Shown here: piece after piece, positions 36,762-45,242 of the stretch
Numbering within the stretch: position 1 is the first letter of the stretch
Layout: each line of letters starts with the position of its first letter
Origin: Polyangiales bacterium
GTDB lineage: Bacteria > Myxococcota_A > Polyangia > Polyangiales > Polyangiaceae
DNA length: 53,746 nt
NCBI GenBank assembly: GCA_038230375.1
Contig: JBBRNJ010000063.1
Coordinates: 1 to 53,746 of the forward strand
Direction of reading: 5' to 3'
The notes under the pieces: generated by a model
Told to the model about the DNA's origin: nothing
The model's input: the letters and a program-made list of their open reading frames with translations, nothing else
The model's database searches: none
Made by a program: the position numbers and the translations under genes

Positions 36762-38660
36762 ATGTCCGTCAATGACACCAACGTGCTCGCCATCGGTGGC
36801 GCGATCGCGGCCGGCGTTCTGTTTCTCACGGTGTTCACCGTGCTCTCCCGCTTCTACAGGCGGTGTGGCGCAGACGAGGCGCTCGTGCGCACCGGCTCTG
36901 GCGGTAACCGCGTGGTCATCGGCGGCGGCGTGCTGGTCTACCCGATCCTGCACCAGCTGCTGCGCGTGTCCCTGCGCTCCGTGAAGCTGTCCGTGGAGCG
37001 CTCGGCGAAGAACGCTCTCGTCACGGCGGACAAGATCAAGGCAAACGTCACGACGGAGCTCTACATCAAGGTGGAGCCCATTGCTGACGACGTGCTCGCC
37101 GCCGCGCGCTCCTTCGGTGAGCGCAACCTGGACGAGCACGCCATCGCCGACCTCATCGAAGGCAAGCTGACGGACGCGCTCCGCAGCGTCGCCGCCAACC
37201 AGACGTTCATGGCATTGCACGCGAACCGCAAGCAGTTCGCGGAGCGCATCCAGGAGGTCCTGGCGGAGGAGCTGAAGAAGAACGGCCTGACGCTCGAGAA
37301 CGTCTCCATCACCGGCTTCGCCATGGTCCCCGTGAAGGACCTGGACCCGCAGGACGTGTTCGACGCGGAAGGTCTTCGCGCCATCACGGAGAGCGTGCAG
37401 ACGAACCGCGAGATGACCAACCGCATCCAGCGCGAGAAGGACAACCAGATCCAGGCGCAGAACGTCACGGCCCGAAAGCGCCAGCTCGAGATGGAGCAGG
37501 ATCAGAAGCAGGCAGAGGCCGACCAGTCGCGCAAGGTGGCCGAATACACGGCGCTCCAGATCGCGGAGACGGCGAAGGCCGTTTTCATCCAGGATCAGTC
37601 ACGTGACCTTGCCGAGCTCGACAAGCACCGCGCGGTCGAGACCGCACGCCTGGATCAGGAGAGGGCGGTCGCCGTGGCGCTGGCCGGAAAGCAGCGCGGC
37701 GAGCGCGAGGCGCAGATCGAGGGCGAGAAGGGCCAGCAGGCGGCCGAGATCGCGAAGCAGCGTGTCATCGAGGCCGCGAACATCGAGAAGGACAAGACGG
37801 TCCAGGCCGCGGAGATCGATCGCCAGAAGGCGCTGGAAGCCGCGATCATCGAGAAGGAGAAGACCGTCGAGGTCGCGCGCATCACGAAGCAGATCGCCAT
37901 CACCCAGAGCGAGGAGCAGGAGGCCCGCGCTGGTGCGGCGAAGGCGCTCGCCGTTGCCGACGAAGAGCGCGCAAAGCAAAGCATCATCACGGCGGAGACC
38001 ACCGCCAACGCCGAGCGTCAGAAGATCGTCCAGGTCATGCAGGCGCAGGCGGATGCAGAGGTGAAGCGCGCCCGCGCAGAAGCCGCAGCATCGCAGCAGC
38101 GCATCGAGGCCGAGGCGAACGCGGTGTCCGCGGAGAAGGAAGCGGAGGCCACCGTGCTCCGCGCAAATGCAGCAGCGCAGCGCGGCGAGGTGGAGGCGCA
38201 GGTGCGCCGCAAGCTCCTCGACGCGGAGAACGCCATCTCGGCGCGCGTCGTCCTTCGCGACGTGATGCTGAAGGCGCTCGACATTGCGCCGGAGCTTGCG
38301 CGCGAGCTCATGGCGCCCGCCAAGGCCATCACGGAGATCAAGGTCCTGCAGACCGGCATGGGTGGTCAGGGCGGCCAGAACGGTGGACCTCCGGCACTCG
38401 GCGTGATGTCGCCAGTGCTGAAGACCATCATGGAGGCCGGGGCGGCGTATCCGCTCATGCGCGAGCTCATGAACTTCTCGCAGATGGACAAGGGCAAGCT
38501 CGGTGAGAAGGCGAAGGGCGTCCTGTCCGAGCTGGGCGCGGAGCTCGCGAACGTCACGAGCGAGGCGGGCAAGCACGCGGCCTCTGATCTGGAGCCCGTC
38601 ACGGGACGTTCCGGGATCGTCGTGGAGGAGGCGGCGCCCCATGCAGGACCTCGGCCCTGA
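36762..38660 (+). CDS. Flotillin / SPFH domain protein (YqiK-like)
   Basis: ALVRTGSGG, EGKLTDALRSVAA, LKKNGLTLENVSI, FDAEGL, long EA-rich coiled coil; AGGAGG RBS. Confidence 0.93.
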   Translation: MSVNDTNVLAIGGAIAAGVLFLTVFTVLSRFYRRCGADEALVRTGSGGNRVVIGGGVLVYPILHQLLRVSLRSVKLSVERSAKNALVTADKIKANVTTELYIKVEPIADDVLAAARSFGERNLDEHAIADLIEGKLTDALRSVAANQTFMALHANRKQFAERIQEVLAEELKKNGLTLENVSITGFAMVPVKDLDPQDVFDAEGLRAITESVQTNREMTNRIQREKDNQIQAQNVTARKRQLEMEQDQKQAEADQSRKVAEYTALQIAETAKAVFIQDQSRDLAELDKHRAVETARLDQERAVAVALAGKQRGEREAQIEGEKGQQAAEIAKQRVIEAANIEKDKTVQAAEIDRQKALEAAIIEKEKTVEVARITKQIAITQSEEQEARAGAAKALAVADEERAKQSIITAETTANAERQKIVQVMQAQADAEVKRARAEAAASQQRIEAEANAVSAEKEAEATVLRANAAAQRGEVEAQVRRKLLDAENAISARVVLRDVMLKALDIAPELARELMAPAKAITEIKVLQTGMGGQGGQNGGPPALGVMSPVLKTIMEAGAAYPLMRELMNFSQMDKGKLGEKAKGVLSELGAELANVTSEAGKHAASDLEPVTGRSGIVVEEAAPHAGPRP

Positions 38661-39117
38661 CCAGGCCATGCTCGCGCTCCTGGTGAGCGGGGCTGCGCAG
38701 AATGGCGTCCTCGAATCCTGGACGGAGGTGAAGCGAGAGCTGCGTGAAGGGATGAACAAGGATCCCCTCGACGCTCTCGCGGTCACGGTGCTCGGCGGCT
38801 CGTTCCTCTTCTACATGGCGGAGAAGGACGAGAACCCGAAGGTCACTACCTATGTCGATGCGCTGGTGTTCATCTCCACGTGCCTGTCGGTCGGGTACGC
38901 GGACGTGTTCGCAAAGACACAGGCAGGCAAGGCCATTGCGACCGCGGTGATGATGGTCGGGCCGGCGATGGCGGCAAAGGCGCTCGATCCGCCGGCGCCG
39001 CCTGCGGCCTCCGTCGACGCAACGCCCGCGACGGAGAGGACAGACGCGGCACTGGAGGTCCAGCGCGTCATCGCAGACAAGCTGGATGCCATCCTCGCGG
39101 AGCTCCGGAAGGGATAG
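38641..39117 (+). CDS. Small 2-TM ion channel (Ion_trans_2/KcsA-like) with atypical filter SVGYAD
   Basis: TM1, then AEKDENPKVTTYVDALVFISTCLSVGYADVFAKTQAGK, then TM2 and a coiled-coil tail; overlaps the flotillin stop. Confidence 0.8.
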   Translation: MQDLGPDQAMLALLVSGAAQNGVLESWTEVKRELREGMNKDPLDALAVTVLGGSFLFYMAEKDENPKVTTYVDALVFISTCLSVGYADVFAKTQAGKAIATAVMMVGPAMAAKALDPPAPPAASVDATPATERTDAALEVQRVIADKLDAILAELRKG

Positions 39118-39127
39118 ACTGGGTCGC

Positions 39128-40288
39128 ATGGGGGAGGATGAGGGGAAAGCACGGCCGAGGAGCGCTCTGGATCCGGCGTTCTTCGAGCTCATCGCCGATC
39201 ACGTGGCGCACCCGATCTTCGTGAAGGACCGTTCGTTCTGCTTCGTGTTCATCAACGACGCCTTCACGAAGATGCTCGGCTTCCCGCGCGAGCAGCTGCT
39301 CGGAAAGAGCGACTACGACTTCTTCCCGAAGGCCGAGGCTGACTTCTTCCGCGCGAAGGACATCGAGATGTTCGCGAGCGGCCGGAAGGTGATCATCGAC
39401 GAGGAGCCGATCACCGACGCGGATGGAGGCCATCACGTCCTTGCAACCACGAAGGTGCCGCTGGTGGATGCCACCGGAACCATCACGCACCTCGTGGGGA
39501 TCATCCACGACATCACGCGCCTGAAGGCCGCGGAAGAAGTCCTCCGGCACAGCAACGCCGAGCTGGAGGAGCGCGTGCGCGAGCGGACACGGGCGCTCAC
39601 GGCCGCGCAGGAGGGGCTCGTGCGCAGGGAGCGCCTTGCCGTCCTCGGAAGCCTGGCCGGCGGCGTCGCGCACCAGATCAGGAATCCGCTCGCGTCGATC
39701 AAGACGGCGGCGCACGTGCTCCGTGATCTGACCAGGGGCTCGGAAGAAACGCGCATCGCGGAGACCGTCGCGATCATCCAGGAGGAGGTCCTTCGCGCGA
39801 ACCGAATCGTCACGGACCTGATCGACTACGCGCGCGTGCGCGAGCCGGAAAAGCGCCGCATCAAGGCCGCATTCCTCATGGAGCAGGCGCTTGGTGCCCA
39901 TGCAACGTCCACGGATGTCAGCGTCGAGCGTGACCTGGGCGAGCTACTGGATGTGCTCGTGGATCCCGAGCAGGTACAGGGCGCGCTTGGAAACATCGTG
40001 CGCAACGCAGTGGAGGCGGGGTGTGCAAACGGCACGTGCAGGCTGCGCGTGTCGTCGCGTCGCGACGGGGAGATGCTCGTGATCCGCATCTCGGACTCGG
40101 GGCCTGGCGTGGCCCCTGGGATCCGCACGCACCTCTTCGAGCCGCTGTTCACCACCAAGACCTCGGGCCTTGGTCTGGGCCTGGTCACCGCACGTGCGCT
40201 GATCGAGAGCCAGGGAGGACGGGTGGAGCTCGCGACGACCTCCGAGATCGGCGGCGCCACGTTCGAGGTCTTTCTTCCGCTCGCGTGA
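39128..40288 (+). CDS. PAS-domain sensor histidine kinase
   Basis: PIFVKD..FINDAF..LGKSDYDFFP PAS; AHQIRNPL, NIVRNAVEA, DSGPG, FTTK..GLGLGL. Confidence 0.95.
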   Translation: MGEDEGKARPRSALDPAFFELIADHVAHPIFVKDRSFCFVFINDAFTKMLGFPREQLLGKSDYDFFPKAEADFFRAKDIEMFASGRKVIIDEEPITDADGGHHVLATTKVPLVDATGTITHLVGIIHDITRLKAAEEVLRHSNAELEERVRERTRALTAAQEGLVRRERLAVLGSLAGGVAHQIRNPLASIKTAAHVLRDLTRGSEETRIAETVAIIQEEVLRANRIVTDLIDYARVREPEKRRIKAAFLMEQALGAHATSTDVSVERDLGELLDVLVDPEQVQGALGNIVRNAVEAGCANGTCRLRVSSRRDGEMLVIRISDSGPGVAPGIRTHLFEPLFTTKTSGLGLGLVTARALIESQGGRVELATTSEIGGATFEVFLPLA

Positions 40289-40290
40289 GG

Positions 40291-40986
40291 TCACGGCGCC
40301 GGTGTCTCCAGCAGCGCGACCAGCTTTCCCGTGAGCCACTGACGGAAGCGCTCACCGGTCGGATCCTGCTTTCCCATCGCGGTCCCCTCGCGGATCACGC
40401 GTCCCCACATGGCGTCGCCAAGGAGTGCGAACAATGCCAGGGTCACGACGAACGCGGAGTCCTCTGGTGGCGGCACCTTGCTGCCACGCGCCGTGAGCTC
40501 GTTCGTTCGCATCGTGTGGATCATGGCGGCAATGTCGCCCAGCTTCGACCCGCTGTCCTTCTGGCTCATGCCGGAGAGCGAGAGCCACGCAAGCAGGCGC
40601 GCGTGGCCCTGATCGTGGAACGCGCGGAACGTGCGCTCGATCAGCGCAGTCGGATCACTCGGAGGCTCGCCCGTGGGCGACGCCAGAGAGGAGAGGATGT
40701 CCGCTTCCAGCGCGTGCATGGACCGCTCCACCACGGCATGCACCAGGCCGGCGCGACTGCCGAAGTGGTGGAGCAGGAGCGGGTGTGACACGCCGACCTC
40801 CTTCGCGATCTCCTGGAGGCGAAGGCCGTCGGGCCCCACCTGGTTCAGCATGCGACCTGCGACCTCGAGGATGCGCTCCCGCATCTCGCCTCCACGGCCG
40901 ACATCCCTCACGCTCGGCGGCGGTGTGGTCTTGAGCCGCCTCACGGGAGCCCGCTTTTTCTCGATCTTCTTCCCCATGAGCTCCAT
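40291..40986 (-). CDS. TetR/AcrR family transcriptional regulator
   Basis: RERILEVA..GPDGLRLQEIAKEVGVSHPLLLHHFGSRAGL; start at 40986 or 40977. Confidence 0.92.
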   Translation of the reverse strand: MELMGKKIEKKRAPVRRLKTTPPPSVRDVGRGGEMRERILEVAGRMLNQVGPDGLRLQEIAKEVGVSHPLLLHHFGSRAGLVHAVVERSMHALEADILSSLASPTGEPPSDPTALIERTFRAFHDQGHARLLAWLSLSGMSQKDSGSKLGDIAAMIHTMRTNELTARGSKVPPPEDSAFVVTLALFALLGDAMWGRVIREGTAMGKQDPTGERFRQWLTGKLVALLETPAP

Positions 40987-41009
40987 CAACTCTACGCGAT
41001 CGCAGCGCA

Positions 41010-41069
41010 TTGACAAATCTGTAAGCACCGCATTGACAATCCTGTAAGTCGGACTAACAATATTGTCAG
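41010..41069. promoter_or_regulatory. Three imperfect palindromes YTGACA-N4-TGTCAR (probable TetR operators overlapping TTGACA -35 boxes)
   Basis: TTGACAAATCTGTAAG (41010), TTGACAATCCTGTAAG (41033), CTAACAATATTGTCAG (41054). Confidence 0.75.
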
Positions 41070-41119
41070 TCGGAACGGCAGAGCGGTCTTCGCCCGCCGG
41101 GCCCGACACTGGAGGCTCC

Positions 41120-41845
41120 ATGGCCACGTTCAACCACTCACACGATTTCGGCACTGCCTTCCGCGCGCTCCGCGCCATCATCGCCAACCCGGACGATACG
41201 AAGCAGGCGTTCACGGTGATCCAGGCGCTCGGTGGACCGACCGGTGAGCGACTCTTTGCTCGATTCCGCAAGACCGACGTCGGCGCGGCAGTGCTGGATG
41301 AGCGCCGTCAGCTGCTCGCCACACTGTCAGATCAGGCCAAGCTCGACGCGATGCCGGACGGAAGCCTGGGTCGCGCCTACCAGGAGTTCCTGCGCTCGCA
41401 GCAGATCACCGCGGAGGGCCTGGTCGCCGCGAGCCAGGAGGGCGACCTCTATGCGAACGATCTGGACCCACAGCGCCGCCTCTTCTCGGATCGCCTGCGC
41501 GACATGCATGATCTCTGGCACGTCGTGGGCGGATACCGCGGCGACCTCATCGGCGAGGCGAGCATCCTGGCGCTCTCGTTCGTGCAGACCTGGAACCCGG
41601 GCGTTGGGCTCATCGCGTTCCTCGGCTTCCTGAAGGAGGGCGAGCTCGATGGCGCGCGGACGATCATCGCGCGCGCCTTCGTTCGCGGTCATCGCGCGGC
41701 CTGGCTGCCCGCCGTGGACTGGGAGGCGATGCTCCCGCGCCAGCTCTCCGACGTGCGCGCAGAGCTGGGGCTGTCCGACACGCCCACCTACGAGCCCGTG
41801 TACACGAGCGATCCACGGTTCGTCGAAGCCACCGCCACCGCGTGA
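41120..41845 (+). CDS. Coq4-family protein
   Basis: MPDGSLGRAY and HDLWHVVGGY..GE (HDxxH-x11-E) motif; GGAGG RBS. Confidence 0.88.
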   Translation: MATFNHSHDFGTAFRALRAIIANPDDTKQAFTVIQALGGPTGERLFARFRKTDVGAAVLDERRQLLATLSDQAKLDAMPDGSLGRAYQEFLRSQQITAEGLVAASQEGDLYANDLDPQRRLFSDRLRDMHDLWHVVGGYRGDLIGEASILALSFVQTWNPGVGLIAFLGFLKEGELDGARTIIARAFVRGHRAAWLPAVDWEAMLPRQLSDVRAELGLSDTPTYEPVYTSDPRFVEATATA

Positions 41846-41860
41846 GCCACGATCACGCGA

Positions 41861-42337
41861 TCAGGGATAGATCACGATCGACGTGAGGCAGGCGCGGCCG
41901 CCCGCACTGGGCGCGATACGAAAACGCAGCTCCGTGACGGGCTCCTTGCGCAGCTCCCAGGTCTCCGTCTGGAAGCTCGGGCCGTAGGGACGGAAGGTGA
42001 ACGCGCGCGAACCGAGCTCGAGGAAGGCCTTGCCGTCATGAGAGACCGCGAGGTCGATGGTCTGGAGCGTGAGGCCGCCGTGCTGCTCGGACTCGAGCAC
42101 GACGCGGCTGATGGCCGTGGGGTGTCGGAACGCGAGCACCAGTGACTGCTCGCCGGACTGATCCGCGATCCAGCAGCTGCCGCCGGGGCCGCGCTGCTGG
42201 TCGAACACGTTGTCCACCGGGAACAGCGACTGCTCGGAAGAGACGAGCACCGACGCGACCTCCGGGAGGTCGAGCCCTGCGCTCACCCCCAGTGGGAGTG
42301 CCCTGCGCACGATGGGCCGCAAAGTTGCCGATAGCAT
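41861..42337 (-). CDS. Discoidin/APC10-like (galactose-binding fold) small protein
   Basis: VSSEQSLFPVDNVFD..GPGGSCWIA..GEQSLVLAF pattern. Confidence 0.65.
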   Translation of the reverse strand: MLSATLRPIVRRALPLGVSAGLDLPEVASVLVSSEQSLFPVDNVFDQQRGPGGSCWIADQSGEQSLVLAFRHPTAISRVVLESEQHGGLTLQTIDLAVSHDGKAFLELGSRAFTFRPYGPSFQTETWELRKEPVTELRFRIAPSAGGRACLTSIVIYP

Positions 42338-42444
42338 GGTGCCTTTCCTCGACACGGACGTTGCGTGCCACCCTGGAGAGTACGCCTCATTGTCGATTTT
42401 CGTCGAGCGATGTCGATCCCATCGCGGCTCGATCGACACAAGGC

Positions 42445-42840
42445 ATGACCACCCCCTTCTGGTGCCTGTTCGTGGCTGCAGTCCTCCCCTACGTCTGGTT
42501 CACGTTTGCCGCTCCGCTCCGCAAGAAGCAGCTTGGCGACAAGATGGATGCCCACACACCGCGCGCGCAGGATCCATCGCTCGTAGGCCGAGCCGCGCGT
42601 GCGCATGGCGCTCACGTCAATAGCCTGGAAGCGCTCACGTACTTCGCGCCAGCCGTCCTTGTTGCGCACCTCGCGCATGCAGACGAGACCTGGGCTGCAC
42701 GATTGGCGATCACCTTCGTGGTGTGCCGCCTCATTCACGGAACCATGTACCTGCTGGACAAGCCGCCGGCGCGTACGGCCTTCTTCGCCCTTGGCCTCTT
42801 CGCTTCGATCGGACTGTTCATCCTCGCTGCGCGGGCGTGA
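42445..42840 (+). CDS. MAPEG family membrane protein
   Basis: RAARAHGAHVNSLEAL..F, R.IHG.MYL, hydrophobic helices. Confidence 0.9.
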   Translation: MTTPFWCLFVAAVLPYVWFTFAAPLRKKQLGDKMDAHTPRAQDPSLVGRAARAHGAHVNSLEALTYFAPAVLVAHLAHADETWAARLAITFVVCRLIHGTMYLLDKPPARTAFFALGLFASIGLFILAARA

Positions 42841-42841
42841 T

Positions 42842-45187
42842 CTATGCGAGCGGCGCGGGCGGCGCGAGCTGCGCGAGAATCGCCGCCGCGCGCTCCGCCA
42901 CGCTGGACCGTACGGCGAGGAACGTCGGGTCCGTGCGGTAGTCGTCGAGGAGCGGGCAGTGATCGAGCCACAGGATGTCCAGTAGCCATACGGCGTCCGC
43001 CGCTTGCAGCGCGGCGAGCGTGGCGTCGCTGTCCCCGAGAAGCGCGCATACCTCCGCCGTCATCTGGTGCAAGAGGACCCGCAGACGCACCGCCCTCATA
43101 CCCTGGGAGCGCGCCCGGATGTCCTCCAGCGCCGCTTCCGGGCCGGTGACCCCGGCGATGAACGACAGCATCGCGATCGCCACCGTGCGGAACTCGAAGG
43201 TCCCCTTCGACGCGGTAGCCAGCGCCTCTTGTGCGCCTTCCTTGTCACGCCGCCACATGAGCAACCGCCACCGCAGGAGCCAGTACATGTTGACGCTGCC
43301 CGGTTGAGGCGATTCGTCCGCGAGGGCCAGTGCCGAGTCCCAGTCGCCGGTGAGCGCGCGAAGCCGCACGATCTCGTAGCGCAGGACGTCGCGCGAAGGA
43401 TCGACCGCCAGTACCGCTTCGTACGCGGCGATCGACTCCGCAGTCCGGCCGGACTCGCCCAGGAAACGGGCCACGAGCTCGATGGCATCGGGGTGATCGG
43501 GTCCGGTCCGCAGCGCCGCGGCGGCTTCCCGGGCGGACGCAATGTAGTCGCCCGTGCCAAGGAGAATGCTCGCAAGCGCCGTGCGCGCCTCCACGTGTTC
43601 GGGACCAAGCGCAACGGCCTTGCGCGCGCTCGCGAGCGCGTTGTCCACCGAATGCACCGTCTCCGCGTAGTAGAGGTGACGGGTCTGCGCCATGGCCAGA
43701 CCTGCGAGGATGCGAGGGTCGTCGGGGGCGCGCTCGAGGGCCTGCTGGAAGAGCACGATGGCGCGCTCGAGCGACTCACGCGAGATCTGCTGGTATGCGT
43801 GGCGAGCGCGCATGTAGAGATCGATCGCGCCGGAGTCGGCCGAGTGAACGCGCGGCGCCCCGTGAAACTCCAGCGTCACCGCTTCACACACCGCTGCAGC
43901 GGCTTCATCCCCGATCGAGAATGCAAGTGACAGCGGGACCTCGTACCTGCGCGCCCACAGCTGGAAGCCGTCTGCCACGGACAGGACGCGGAGCGTGACG
44001 CGGATGCCGGCGTCCACGCGACGCACGGAGCCCTCGACGACGACCTCGACGCCTAGTGTGCGACCGACGCCGCACGGATCGCGATCGCGCAGTGCCTCAC
44101 GCTCGACGCCGCCGCGTGCACGAACGCGAAGGTCAGGACTGCCGCTCAGCACGTCGATGATGTCGTCGGTGAGGCCGTAGGCGATATGGAGATCCTCCGG
44201 GTCGTCGCAGCGAAACGGCAAGACTGCGACGTCTTTCCTGCGTTGTGCGCTGCGCGGTGGTGGGCTTCGCGGATTCACCGTGGCCGGCGGAGCAGGAGAC
44301 GTTCCGGTGAGCGCGGCGGCAAGGGCGTGTGCGACGGAGTCCGCGTCCGTGAACCGCGAGGTTCGTTCCTTGGCCATACACCGCAGGATGACGGCGGCGA
44401 TCCCGTCGGGCAGATTCGGTCGGGTGTCGCGCGGGTCTGGCGGCGGCGATACCAGCTTCTGCGCAGCAATGTTGTAGACCCCCGGCCCACGCCAAGGACG
44501 ACTCCCGGTGACGAGCTCGTAGAGGATGGTGCCTAGCGCGTAGAGGTCCGCGCGCGCATCGATGTCGGTCGCGCCTTCCACCTGCTCCGGCGCCATGTAC
44601 GCAGGCGTGCCCATCATGAGGCCCCGCGGCTCGTCCGGGTCGTTCGAGGCAGCGCACGCGATCCCGAAATCCGTGATCACGATGCGACTGTCGTTGCCGA
44701 CCATCACGTTGTCCGGCTTCAGATCGCGGTGCACGACACCGGCGGCATGGGCAGCCGAGAGGCCTGCGCAAAGCTCCGTTGCGATCTCGACGACGCGCGA
44801 CAGAGGCAGTTCGGAAGCACGCGCGTAGGCGGACAGCGGCGTGCCGTCAATCAGCTCCATCGTGAGGAAGCGTTCACCCTCGTGCTCGCCGATGTCGAAC
44901 GTGCGCGCCACGTTCTTGTGCGTCACCCGTCGAGCGAGCTTCACCTCACGGCGAAACCGCTGCACTGACGCGTCACGGCGGTCGAAGCCGCGGTTCAGCA
45001 TCTTGAGCGCCACCACTTCGTCGAGCTCGAGGTCACGCGCGCGGTACACGGCGCCCATGCCGCCGCTGCCGATGAGGGATACCAGCGCATAGCGACCTGC
45101 CAGGATCGTGGCCCGCTCGGTCTCCGGCCCGTCGATGCTGCCATCCGAGATGGTCTTGTCTGTCTGGACGTCTGCCCCGCCACCCAT
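42842..45187 (-). CDS. Ser/Thr protein kinase with TolB-N-like module and TPR repeats
   Basis: GSGGMG, VALK, HRDLKPDN, DFG, GTPAYMAPE; VAVLPF..GLTDDII..VVEGSVRR; TPR-like helices. Confidence 0.95.
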   Translation of the reverse strand: MGGGADVQTDKTISDGSIDGPETERATILAGRYALVSLIGSGGMGAVYRARDLELDEVVALKMLNRGFDRRDASVQRFRREVKLARRVTHKNVARTFDIGEHEGERFLTMELIDGTPLSAYARASELPLSRVVEIATELCAGLSAAHAAGVVHRDLKPDNVMVGNDSRIVITDFGIACAASNDPDEPRGLMMGTPAYMAPEQVEGATDIDARADLYALGTILYELVTGSRPWRGPGVYNIAAQKLVSPPPDPRDTRPNLPDGIAAVILRCMAKERTSRFTDADSVAHALAAALTGTSPAPPATVNPRSPPPRSAQRRKDVAVLPFRCDDPEDLHIAYGLTDDIIDVLSGSPDLRVRARGGVEREALRDRDPCGVGRTLGVEVVVEGSVRRVDAGIRVTLRVLSVADGFQLWARRYEVPLSLAFSIGDEAAAAVCEAVTLEFHGAPRVHSADSGAIDLYMRARHAYQQISRESLERAIVLFQQALERAPDDPRILAGLAMAQTRHLYYAETVHSVDNALASARKAVALGPEHVEARTALASILLGTGDYIASAREAAAALRTGPDHPDAIELVARFLGESGRTAESIAAYEAVLAVDPSRDVLRYEIVRLRALTGDWDSALALADESPQPGSVNMYWLLRWRLLMWRRDKEGAQEALATASKGTFEFRTVAIAMLSFIAGVTGPEAALEDIRARSQGMRAVRLRVLLHQMTAEVCALLGDSDATLAALQAADAVWLLDILWLDHCPLLDDYRTDPTFLAVRSSVAERAAAILAQLAPPAPLA

Positions 45188-45242
45188 GGACGTTGAAGTC
45201 TATCAGCCCAGCGCACAAAAAGACTTTACTCTCGACGCGGTG

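Noticed and set aside
39650..39700. Histidine kinase H-box has HQ instead of HE/HD, possible pseudokinase
   Set aside because: HQ-type H-boxes occur in functional kinases such as the FleS type, and the N, G1, F and G2 boxes are intact.
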